From an uncultured Chthonomonadaceae bacterium (GTDB lineage Bacteria > Armatimonadota > Chthonomonadetes > Chthonomonadales > Chthonomonadaceae), in NCBI GenBank assembly GCA_963817895.1, contig CAWFQB010000003.1, forward strand, positions 160,001 to 224,000: 64,000 nt of DNA, read 5' to 3'. The notes under the pieces are model-generated. The model did no database searches. It was not told where the DNA came from and saw only the letters and a program-made list of their open reading frames with translations. Position 1 is the first letter of the stretch; each line of letters opens with the position of its first letter. A program made the translations under genes and the position numbers. This document shows, piece after piece, positions 47,913-58,306 of the stretch.

Positions 47913-50300
47913 TATGTTATTCAGTAAATTGACGCGCCGCGCGTTGGAATGGCGGCGGCTCCTGCTATCTTAATAGGGCTTGCGTGGACACTGCCTGCCG
48001 ATGCGGGACAGGGCAAAACGTCTGCGCCTGTCAGCGGCGAAAAGGTATATCAATTGCGCTGCGCGTCCTGTCATGGCGCGAAGGGCGAGGGCGCGAAGGC
48101 GTATCCGAAACCGCTTGCCGGCAGTCGCTCCGTAAACGAACTGTCGCGCTTTATCGCGCAGTCCATGCCGCCCGGTCCGCGCAAATGCCCCGCGCCCGAA
48201 GCGCAGAAAGTGGCGGCGTATGTCTACGACGCGTTTTATTCCCCGCTGGCGCAGGCGCGGAACAAGCCCGCCCGCGTTGCCCTGTCCCGCCTGACCGTGC
48301 CGCAATTCCGCAACGCCGTCGCTGATCTGATTGGCGCGTATCACGCCGCGATTCCTGCCGAAACAAAGCGCGGACTTGCAGGGCGCGTATTTCAAGGCGC
48401 AGCGATTCGACAACGGGGATCGCCTGTTACAGCGCGTTGACAATGAAGTCAAATTCGATTTCGGAACGTCCGGCCCGGTTGCCGAACAGTTCGATCCGCA
48501 CCATTTTTCCATTCGCTGGGAGGGCAGCGTACTGGCCCCGGATACGGGCGAGTACGAGTTTGTTGTCCAGTTCCGACCATGCGGTTCGCCTGTGGGTCAA
48601 CGGCAACGCGCAGCCGCTGATTGACGCCTGGGTGAAATCCGGCAAAGACAACGAGTTTCACGGCGTCGTTTACCCTGCTCGGCGGACGCGCGTATCCCCT
48701 GCGCCTGGAATTTTCCAAATCCACGCAGGGCGTAGACGACTCGGAAAAGAAAAAGGGCAAGCCCGCGCCGCCCGCGTTCGGTTGAATTGCTGTGGAAGCG
48801 CCCGAAGCAGGCGATGGAAACCGTTCCGCACGCGCTGTTTGTTCCCGGCTCTCACGCCCGAAACCTTTGTCGTGTTCACGCGCTTTCCGCCGGATGACCG
48901 CAGCATCGGCTACGAGCGCGGCACGTCCGTTTCCAAAGCGTGGGAGGAAGCGACAACCGCTGCCGCGCTGGAAACCGCCGCGTATGTAAATGAGCATCTT
49001 GCTGAACTTTCCGGCGTGAAGAGCGGACGCGCCGGATCGCAAAGCGAAATTGCAGGCGTTTTGTCGTCAGTTTGTGGAACGCGCCCTGCGCCGACCCGCT
49101 GACGGACGATGTCGCGCAGTTTTATATGGAGAAACAGTTCCGAACCGCGCCCGATGTGGAAACCGCTGTCAAGCGCGTGGTTATCCTGACCCTGCTTTCG
49201 CCCCGGTTCCTGTACCGGGAAAGCGAGGCGCGTCCCAACGATGCTTACGATACGGCGTCCCGGCTGTCGTTCGGACTGTGGGACACGTTGCCCGATGCGG
49301 AACTGCTGAAAGCGGCAAGCGAGAACCGCCTTGTCACGCGGGAACAGATCGCGCGACAGGCCGAGCGCATGGCTGCCGACCCGCGCGCCTGGAACAAACT
49401 GCGCGCGTTTCTGCTGTTCTGGCTGAAAGTGGATCAGGTTCCCGACTTAGCCAAAAACCCGAAAAAGTATCCCGACTTCGATCCCGCCGTCGCTTCCGAC
49501 CTGCGCGCGTCGCTGGAACTGTTTCTGGAAAATACGGCCTGGGGCGACAAGTCGGATTACCGGGAACTGATGACGGCGCGAACCGTGTTCCTGAACGGGC
49601 GACTGGCAAAACTTTACGGCGTCAACCTTCCCGCCGACGCGCCGTTTCAGCCCGTGACGCTGGATGCAGCGGAGCGTTCCGGCGTGCTGACCCAGCCCTA
49701 TCTGCTGTCGAGTTTCGCGTATTTGGATACCAGTTCTCCCATTCACCGGGGCGTTCTCGTGGCGCGAAACCTGCTCGGCCGCGACTCTCAGCCCGCCGCC
49801 CGCCGCGTTCGCGCCGCTTGCCGCCGACCTGCACCCGGACATGACGACCCGGCAGCGCGTGGAACTGCAAACCAAACCCGCCGCCTGCAGCGGCTGTCAC
49901 AACCTGATCAACCCGCTCGGCTTCACGCTGGAAAAGTTCGATGCCATCGGGCGCTTGCGGGACAAAGAGAACGGGCAGGCCGTAGACGCGACCGGCAGTT
50001 ACCGGTCGCGGAGTGGCAGACTGGTAAAGTTCGCTTCCGCAATGCAGTTGGGCCGGTATCTCGCCGACAGCGACGAAGCCCACGCCGCGTTTGTGGAAAA
50101 ATTGTTTCAGCATCTGGTGAAGCAGCCCGATTTGGCGTATGGCCCGCAATACGCTGCCCACTTTGGAGCGCAATTTCGCCGCAAATCAGTATAATATTCG
50201 TAAGCTGATGGCTGATATTATGGTGAACTCCATAGCCGCGCCAACTACGCCGCCGAAAGAACAACCAAAAACCAAACAATCGCAGGATAATCACCTGTCG
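47913..50300 (+). CDS. Planctomycete-type cytochrome c / PA14 / DUF1592-DUF1588-DUF1585 protein (several frameshifts; ends approximate)
   Basis: [23 protein letters not shown]14-like [62 protein letters not shown]. Confidence 0.75.
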
Positions 50301-50321
50301 CTCAATAGTGGAGAGAAACAA

Positions 50322-51655
50322 TTGAATCATTCCAATAGCCGACGCGCGTTTTTGCGCGACATGGGACTCAGCGCGGCGGCATTGCCGTTTCTGACCAATC
50401 TGCCGTGCCTTGCCGCGCCGGGGAGTGGCGGCAAAACGCGGCGCAAGCAGCGCATCGTCATCATGTTCAGCCCGGACGGGATTGTTCCCAATACGTTCTG
50501 GCCGGACGAGGAGGGCGAAGCCTTCACGCTCAAAGAGAGCCTGAAGCCGCTGGAACCCTTCAAAAACAAAACGCTGACCCTGAAGGGCATTGGGGACCGG
50601 ATTCGCGGCGATGGCGACGGCCACATGCGCGGCATCGGCTGCCTGCTCACGGGCATTGAACTGTTTCCCGGCAACGTGCAGGGCGGTTCGGACACGCCTG
50701 CCGGCTGGTCGAGCGGCATCTCCATTGATCAGGAGATCAAGAACTATTTGCAGGCGGACGCGGCCACGCGTACGCGCTTCGGCTCGCTGGAATTCGGCGT
50801 GATGGTTCCCGACCGGGCGGATACCTGGACGCGCATGTCCTACGCCGGCCCGAACAAGCCCATCGCGCCCATTGACGACCCGTACCAGATGTTCGGCAAA
50901 CTGTACGGGCAGGTGAAAGATCAGGAAACGCTGAAAAGCGTTCTGGACGATCTAGGGGCGGATTTGGCGAAGGTGCGGGCGCGAGTGGGCGCGCAGGATC
51001 GGCAGATTCTGGACGAACACACCACCCTCGTGCGCGAAATGGAGCAGGAGATTCGCGCCGCCAAAGTCCGGCAGCGTGGGCCATGCGGTTCCGGTTCTGG
51101 AGCCGGGCGTTCGGCGGGACAACGACAACATTCCGCAGATCAGCAAGCTGCAAATTGATCTGCTGGTGAACAACTTCGCGGCGGATTTTTCCCGCGTCGC
51201 CACGCTGCAATACACCAATTCGGTCGGGCAGGCGCGTATGCGCTGGCTCGGCATCAACGAGGGGCAGCACGACCTGTCGCATCAGCCGGACAGCGACGCG
51301 AGCGCGCAGGAGAAATTGACCCGCATCAACCAGTGGTATTGCGAGCCAACTGGCGTATCTGGCCAAACGGCTGGCCGAAACGCCGGAACCGGGCGGAACC
51401 GGCAGCCTGCTGGACAACACGCTGCTCATCTGGACAAACGAACTGGGCAAGGGCAATTCGCACACGCTGGACGATATTCCGTTCGTGCTCGTCGGCAACG
51501 GCCTGGACTTCAAGATGGGGCGTTCGCTCAAATACGCGCATGTGCCGCACAACCGCCTGCTGCTGTCCCTCGCGCATGGCTTCGGGCATCGCATAGAGCG
51601 CTTCGGCAACCCCGACTACTGCGCCGACGGCCCGCTTTCCAATCTCACGGGGTAA
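50322..51655 (+). CDS. DUF1552-family protein (Tat-like RR signal; frameshifted)
   Basis: [34 protein letters not shown] and [18 protein letters not shown]. Confidence 0.8.
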
Positions 51656-51926
51656 ACCTGCGAATAGATTCTTTTTATCTTTCTCAGTAACAGAAGCCTT
51701 TCCAAACGAGGAAAACCATACTTGTTCGGAAAGGCTATTGTTTGGCCTTATTCCTTCAGCCTACTCTACGCGGTAAGTAAGGCCACCGTCTGTAAGGAAC
51801 TGACAAACTTTGCGGATGATTTCTTGTTTCTGTGCCTGGCTGATTGTTTGATTATCATAACCCAAGTTGCTACCCTGATTTCTCAATCTCGAAGGTTTGG
51901 CGCAAAATGCCACTTTCAGAACGCTG

Positions 51927-52172
51927 CTATCTCAAAAACGGTTTAAGGTAGCAACTTGGGTTATCATACGGCGGCTGCCAATGCTCAATGATGCTGGCAT
52001 AGAAGACCACATTGGGTTGCCCACTTTGCAGTTCCACCTGCACAAACAAAACGTGATCTCCTTCTCGATACTCATAGCTATCACGACCATTGCGGCCAAT
52101 AGACGAATTAGCATCCAGGCGGGTAAAAGTTTGTGTGTCAAACCAGTTCTTCAGTCTATTGAAAAGTGACAT
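51927..52172 (-). pseudogene. Short low-GC ORF, possibly a fragment of an Imm74-like immunity protein
   Basis: GR..YEYREG...VQVE...VVFYAS.IEHWQPP pattern recalled from that family; appears truncated. Confidence 0.3.
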
Positions 52173-52872
52173 GGTGTTGTGAACTCGTATTTAATAAACA
52201 TCCATTGCTCCACAGCATTCTTTCATTTATTTCACCCCGTAGCTTTCCAGCAAGCGTTGAGCGCCTGAACCAAATAGCCTTTCATCAAGCTGAGTTCCTT
52301 CCATGAGGGTTCGGAATTGCTGAACCATTCCTTATTTCTCCCATTGTAAGTATATACTTTCAGAGTTCTAAACTCGTGTTGTTTTGAAAAAAGCCGGAGA
52401 AGTTTGTTGTGCCGGTAAAATCCCCGGTGTACTTCCTGGCAATGCGCCAATACAAATCGGGCTGTTGGGCCAAGCAAGCGCGAAATGAGCCAATGCAGAG
52501 CGCAATCAGGCAGCAGAGGAACACAGCAAGTCGGCGCAAGCGGTGGCTAGTAAATGGAGAAACAAGGCAGGTCAACATGGGAACGGTTCTTCTGAAACAG
52601 CAATACCAAAAGCAAGTGAAAAACACAGGTAGGCAATCGTGCCGGACTGAAAGCAGCCATTGGGATAAGCAACAGGACAACAAAACGAAAACAACAGTAT
52701 CTACAAAGCGCTACGCGCGGCTATCTGATTCAGGAAAAACAAATCGAACGAGAAAACAAACGTTGAAAGGGGAACGTTCATCAGGCAGAAGCCGCCTGAT
52801 AAGTGACAGTCAAGCGGCATTGCGCTGCTATTTACAACAGCGTTTCAAATATTTAGCAACTTTACAATAAGC

Positions 52873-52970
52873 GCCTATCCCAACAGGCGATTGCATCTGC
52901 GTCCGAAGGACGCCTGACCGCAGGCCACTCAGACGGGTACGTTCTTTGTACCCGGCCTGTTGGGATAGGC
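52873..52970. mobile_element. 98-bp MITE-like element
   Basis: Perfect 16-bp terminal inverted repeats (GCCTATCCCAACAGGC at 52873-52888 and 52955-52970) enclosing small hairpins. Confidence 0.5.
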
Positions 52971-52993
52971 TCTAAGGTTGTGGTTTGTTCCGC

Positions 52994-54082
52994 TTAATTG
53001 CTGGAAGAGGGGGTGACAGGTTGAGAACGCCGCTCTTTTTTCAGGCGGCGGGTGACGCACAGGCCACCTACGGTCATGCAGGCCAGTGTTAGCAGTGTGC
53101 CGGTTTCCGGAACGACAGCGATACGGGAGAACACATCTACGCGATTGTTAAGGGTATCCGCCACGTAGATGTTGCCTAGGGCGTCAACCGTAACGCCTTC
53201 CGCCTGACCGATTTGCCCGGCTCCCATGCCTTTGGTGCCGAACTGGTCCTGGTACTGGCCGACGCTGTTGAATCGAGCGACGAAGTCATTGCTATGATCC
53301 GTTACAAAAATATTGCCGTTCGCGTCAATGGCAATGTCGTGTGGCTGAAAAAGTCGATTAGATCCGACCGGGGCGCTGAACGTCCGGACAAAACCGCCCG
53401 AACTGTCGAATTCCTCGACGCGGTTGTTGAAGGAATCAACAACGAAAATGTTGTTGTTGCGGTCAATGGCAACCCCATACGGAACGTTCAACTCACCATT
53501 ACCGGTTCCTGGAGATCCAATCGGGGCTACCTGCGTAAACGTGTTGCCCGACACTGTAAACTTGCGAACGCTGTCGAATCCGAAGGCAGCTTCCGAGACA
53601 TAAACGCTGCCGCTGCTATCGAACGCCACACCAACAGGCAATTGTAAAGGGTTGTCGTCGGTTCTGCCGAACTCCGTCTGAAAGACGCCGCTATTGCTGA
53701 ACTTTTCCACACGGCCAAAGTCACTGTTGGAGTCGGACACAAAAATGTTATTGCCGCTGTCTATGGCAAGGCCCAGAGAGTTGGTAAACTGTCCGTCCCC
53801 CGTTCCAGAGGAGCCAAACTGGTTCAGATAGCTGACCCCAAGCGCCGTAAATTCCTGAACGCGGTGATTGCCGTTATCCAGTACAAAAACATTGCCGTTC
53901 GAATCAATTTTGATGTCTGAGGGATTCGTGAATTGCCCGTTTCCCGATCCCGACGAGCCGAAAGAGCGGAGGAACGTATACTGCGCGCGGGCGGGCAGGG
54001 AAGCAGCGCACGAAAGTCCCAACGCGGCGAACGTTGTCAGCAGCAGAAAAGGCGCCTTACGGACACGAGCGACGATGTTCAA
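52994..54082 (-). CDS. NHL-repeat beta-propeller protein with PEP-CTERM sorting signal
   Basis: Signal peptide (ARA-Q); about six GSxGxGxGQF..P..IAIDxxGNIFVxD repeats; VPETGT-TM-RRLKK tail. Confidence 0.88.
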   Translation of the reverse strand: MNIVARVRKAPFLLLTTFAALGLSCAASLPARAQYTFLRSFGSSGSGNGQFTNPSDIKIDSNGNVFVLDNGNHRVQEFTALGVSYLNQFGSSGTGDGQFTNSLGLAIDSGNNIFVSDSNSDFGRVEKFSNSGVFQTEFGRTDDNPLQLPVGVAFDSSGSVYVSEAAFGFDSVRKFTVSGNTFTQVAPIGSPGTGNGELNVPYGVAIDRNNNIFVVDSFNNRVEEFDSSGGFVRTFSAPVGSNRLFQPHDIAIDANGNIFVTDHSNDFVARFNSVGQYQDQFGTKGMGAGQIGQAEGVTVDALGNIYVADTLNNRVDVFSRIAVVPETGTLLTLACMTVGGLCVTRRLKKERRSQPVTPSSSN

Positions 54083-54476
54083 AATGGTTTCCTTGATATT
54101 CGAGTCGTTTGCAGTCTGACAGCGCCGAAGAGCAAACAACACAGGCCGGCGAGAAGCGCGCAAACCCCGCGCCCTACTCTATCAGTATAGCATAACCCAT
54201 GCGGCGGCTTCAACGCGCAATCAAGTATAAACGTAAAATATTTTCATGAAAATGAGATTTTAAGTCGTCCCGCGTGTCAAATCCGATTGTGATGCAAGTC
54301 CCCGCAGGGATTCTCTATGCCAAACGGGGAATAAAAACAGGTATTTTGTCATAAATAAGTTGTGTAGGCAGGGGAATACCTGTGGTATAATCGAATTGAT
54401 TAGACCCTGCCATGCCGGACAGCGTCATGATCTTCTCTCTGCCTTTCCCTGCCTGCTATCGCCAGAAATCGTAATT

Positions 54477-56726
54477 ATGCAAGAAGAAAGCGCCAAAACA
54501 TCCGATATTTCTCTCCGCGAGTACCTCGACCTCCTACAGCGCCGCAAAGGAATTCTGATTCAAACGTTTGTCTCGGTGTTCGTTGTCGGCATTGTCATTA
54601 CCTTTATGACCAAGCCGATGTATCGCACCAACGCGCGCGTCCTGGTCGAAGGCAAATCCTACTACGTGCAGCAGTTTGACCCCTCCAACCCGATGGGCAA
54701 TCTGTTCAGCGCGGACGCCGGACATGAGGTAGACACGCAACTGGAAGTGATTCAGGGCGATAAAGTGGTTTCCGACACTTACAAAGCGGCCGACATTCCT
54801 GTTGGAACGGTAAAGCTGATGGCAAAGCAGTCCGGCACTACCGATGTCATTGATGTTATGACCGAATCACGTTCGCCCCTTTACGCGCAAAAGTTCGCCA
54901 ATGAACTGCCGAAAGTGTATCTCAAGTACGTTACAGGCAATCGCCGCGAGGAGATTTCCAAAGCGCTGAAATTCGCGCAGGGTCGGCTGGCTTCCGAAAA
55001 CCTCGCGCTGCAAACGGCGGAAAACGGATTACAGCATTTTCGCGAACATTCCCATGTATCCGAGGTGAATACGGAGCGCGAGGCGCGCATCAAGACCAAG
55101 GTGACCGCGGAAGACGAAATGCAGAAGTCCTCCGCGCAGATTGCCGCTTTGCAGGCGCGACTGGGGCTGCTGAAAAAGGCCGACGTTGCGATGCCGCGCT
55201 ACCTGGAAACCTCCGCGTCGGCAACCAACGCGCAGATTGACGCGCTGAAAGAGCAGATAGCCACGCTGGAAACACAACGGCAGGGATTGTTAGTTGGGTT
55301 CAAGCCGGCCAAGCTGGAAATACAAACCCTGGACGCGCAGCTCGCCCATTTGCGAGAACGACTGGCGGCTGCGCCGGATATGAAAACCACAACGCAGCGC
55401 GTTGCCAACCCGGCTATTGCCCTCAACGCGGAAAAGATAGCCTCCACGCAGTCCGAACTGGATGAAACGCAGGCGCATCTGGCAAATGTGCGGAAGTACG
55501 CCAATCTGGATGCCAGCGGGCTGGACAAATACGGCGCGCTGGAGCGCCAGCAGGGGCGGATGCAGCACGAAATCGAGCGTCATCAGGTTGCTGTCAACAC
55601 CCTTACAAAAAGTGTGGACGACCTGAGCCTGCGGCAGACCGCTACGCATGATCCCGTTTTACTGATTTCCCCGGCAGCGCTCGGCGCACAGGTCGCGCCC
55701 AAACCGATGAACAATTTGTTGGCCGCGACGCTGATTGGCCTGACCCTCGGCCTGTGCTTTGCCCTGCTGCAGGAGTTTCTGGATGACCGCATCAATACGC
55801 CCGAAGAGGCCAAGCGTATTTTTGGGGCGTCCGCGCTGGGCTACATTCCTCTGGTGGAGGATGCGGATGCGCGCCTGCTGGGCAGATCGCGCAATGGCAA
55901 TCTGCTGGAAACGTATCGCGTTCTGCGCTCCAATGTGATGTTTTCCGCCGTGGACGCGCCCATACGCTCCATTATGATTACCAGCACGGTTCCGGGCGAA
56001 GGCAAGTCCATGACGGCCTACAACCTGGCGGTTGCCATGGCTCTGGATGGGCGGCGCGTGATTCTGGTGGACGCCGACCTCCGGCGTCCGACCGCGCACA
56101 AACTTGTCGGGCTGGAGCGGCGTCCCGGCCTGACCAATGTGCTGGTGGGCGAACTGGCGCTGGATGAGGCTCTGCAGGAGGGCGGCGTACGCAACCTGCG
56201 CGTCCTGACCGCCGGCCCGTTGCCTCCCAATCCCGCCGAAATTTTAAACTCGCAGGCCATGCGGCAGGTTCATGCTACCCTGCGCGAACGCGCCGACGTG
56301 GTGATCTACGATACGCCGCCCTGCCTCGCGACGGCAGATGCGCAGGTGGTTTCGGCGGATGTGGATGGCGTTCTGTACGTGGCGCAGTTCGGGGAAACCA
56401 AAAAATCGGCTATGCGTCGCTCTGCGGAGCTTCTCAGTCAGGCTCATGCCCGGATTCTAGGCGTGGTGTTCAACAAGATCGACATCAGCGGCAGGCGCGA
56501 CGACTACTACTATGGCTACTATCGCTACTACAACTACTATCAGCAGGAGGGCGAAAGCGAGGAAACAGGCCGGCGGCGGCTTTCCACGTCCGAGTTCGAT
56601 CTGATGCAGGAGCGCCAGGCATCGCTTGGGGATTCAGAGCATGACGGGGAAGAGAATGGTTCCGCAGTCGCCATGCTCCGCAATGATCCGTTGCCCGCAA
56701 CGCCCAACCGGGAGGAAAACGAATGA
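54477..56726 (+). CDS. wzc: Polysaccharide co-polymerase / BY-kinase (Wzc-like)
   Basis: Wzz-type N-terminus with two TMs; ITSTVPGEGKS, ILVDADLRRP, IYDTPP and Tyr cluster DDYYYGYYRYYNYY. Confidence 0.9.
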   Translation: MQEESAKTSDISLREYLDLLQRRKGILIQTFVSVFVVGIVITFMTKPMYRTNARVLVEGKSYYVQQFDPSNPMGNLFSADAGHEVDTQLEVIQGDKVVSDTYKAADIPVGTVKLMAKQSGTTDVIDVMTESRSPLYAQKFANELPKVYLKYVTGNRREEISKALKFAQGRLASENLALQTAENGLQHFREHSHVSEVNTEREARIKTKVTAEDEMQKSSAQIAALQARLGLLKKADVAMPRYLETSASATNAQIDALKEQIATLETQRQGLLVGFKPAKLEIQTLDAQLAHLRERLAAAPDMKTTTQRVANPAIALNAEKIASTQSELDETQAHLANVRKYANLDASGLDKYGALERQQGRMQHEIERHQVAVNTLTKSVDDLSLRQTATHDPVLLISPAALGAQVAPKPMNNLLAATLIGLTLGLCFALLQEFLDDRINTPEEAKRIFGASALGYIPLVEDADARLLGRSRNGNLLETYRVLRSNVMFSAVDAPIRSIMITSTVPGEGKSMTAYNLAVAMALDGRRVILVDADLRRPTAHKLVGLERRPGLTNVLVGELALDEALQEGGVRNLRVLTAGPLPPNPAEILNSQAMRQVHATLRERADVVIYDTPPCLATADAQVVSADVDGVLYVAQFGETKKSAMRRSAELLSQAHARILGVVFNKIDISGRRDDYYYGYYRYYNYYQQEGESEETGRRRLSTSEFDLMQERQASLGDSEHDGEENGSAVAMLRNDPLPATPNREENE

Positions 56727-57925
56727 CATCCTTTCTCCGATTTGCCGCTTTGAGCGGCGCGCTTCTGCTGATACCCTGCGCAGGGGTTCTCAAGGCGCGG
56801 GCGCAGGCTCCGATCCCTCCCGTTGTTGCCGAAGCGGCTGCCGATGTGTTCACAATCGGCGCGGACGATGTGATTGAAGTGACGGTTCGCGACCATTCTG
56901 AACTGGATCATGTTCTGACTGTCCTGCCGGATGGCAAAATCGCGTACCCGACTATCGGCGAATTGCAGGCGGGCGGTAAAACGCCACGCGCCCTTGCCGC
57001 CGAGATACAGAGGGAACTGGAGACTACGCTCAACAATATTCGCGTGACCGTGACGATGAAAGAGGTTCATTCCCGGCGGGCGCGCGTTGTGGGCGCGGTT
57101 CGGCTGCCGGGGGGGTTCGACTTGAAACGCGATTGGCATGTGTTTGATCTGGTTACGGCAGCCGGTGGCCTGAGCGTGAAGCCGGAACAGGTCACGGCCC
57201 GCATCATTCGCAAGGGAGCGCTCCTGCCCATCAACGTCAATCTGGCCGAAGCCCTGCGCGCGCCGCAGGGGAGCGCCAACATCGCCCTCGAACGCGATGA
57301 TCTGTTGCTTCTGGATGAGCAAACCTCCGCGCGTCGGCAGGTGCAGGTGTACGGGCAGGTTGGCAAACCCGGCGTATATGATATCGAACCAGATTCCACG
57401 CTGATGCAGGCGCTTGCCCAGGCGGGCAACGCGACGGAAAAAGCGGCGTTGACGCGCGTTAATGTGCTGCGCGATGGCGCGCAAATTCCCATCAACCTGT
57501 ATCCGTTCCTCATCGAAGGCAAAGCGGACGACAGTGTGGCAAAGTTTCGTATGCAGGCTGGCGACGTAGTGTATGTTCCCCTCCAGGAGGCGCGGTTCAG
57601 CGTTCAGGGGCAGGTTGGCAAGCCCGCCTTTTACACATATCCGGAAAAAGGCAAAATCACGGTTCTGGACGCGCTCAACGAGGCTGGCGGCGCAACCGGG
57701 GGTGATCTGAGTAAAGCAAGTATCATACGCCAGGCGGACGGCAAGTATATGATGATTCCCATCAATGTGGACCAGATGCTCAAAAAGGGAGATTTAGCCA
57801 AAAACGTGACGCTTCAGCCGGGCGATATGCTGTATGTGCCGGCAAAAACGTCCCGGCATGGGGTTGGAATTCAGGATGTGCTGACCCCATTGTCCCTGTT
57901 AGGAATATTGGGCATCCACTTTTAA
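56723..57925 (+). CDS. wza: Polysaccharide export protein with SLBB domains (Wza-like)
   Basis: IGADDVIEV...VLPDGKIAYPTIG and three VxGxVxxPG..L..AGG repeats; ATGA overlap with wzc. Confidence 0.88.
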   Translation: MTSFLRFAALSGALLLIPCAGVLKARAQAPIPPVVAEAAADVFTIGADDVIEVTVRDHSELDHVLTVLPDGKIAYPTIGELQAGGKTPRALAAEIQRELETTLNNIRVTVTMKEVHSRRARVVGAVRLPGGFDLKRDWHVFDLVTAAGGLSVKPEQVTARIIRKGALLPINVNLAEALRAPQGSANIALERDDLLLLDEQTSARRQVQVYGQVGKPGVYDIEPDSTLMQALAQAGNATEKAALTRVNVLRDGAQIPINLYPFLIEGKADDSVAKFRMQAGDVVYVPLQEARFSVQGQVGKPAFYTYPEKGKITVLDALNEAGGATGGDLSKASIIRQADGKYMMIPINVDQMLKKGDLAKNVTLQPGDMLYVPAKTSRHGVGIQDVLTPLSLLGILGIHF

Positions 57926-58306
57926 CGTGAATTCGCAAATCGCAGGAATGGCCTGCGCGGCGGTTTACACCCTGAATATGTTAAATATTTCAAAATTATG
58001 CAAGAAATGCGCGGTTTGGCATGAATCTTGCAATATGTAATATGTGCCGGTCATTCAGACGAATTCTATAAATTCGATTGTGGCCTTCTGACTCGTGTGA
58101 TATTTCTCCGACAGACAGGATTGGCGCCTCCTGCCGGGGTATCTAAAGCGTCTTCGGAGCCGACTGAGGACGCGCATTGTCCGAATTCGGCAACTTTCAT
58201 TTTGTCGGCAGATGTGTCAGGCACTGTCGGCGCGTTTCTTCTGCAAGGGTTTGGCCGGATGTGTCAGGCACCGACTCAACCAGGCAGGAAACAGAAAGGC
58301 TTTAAC

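Noticed and set aside
52889..52954. Hammerhead ribozyme inside the MITE-like element
   Set aside because: The CUGANGA and GAAA core motifs are not present in the right arrangement on either strand.
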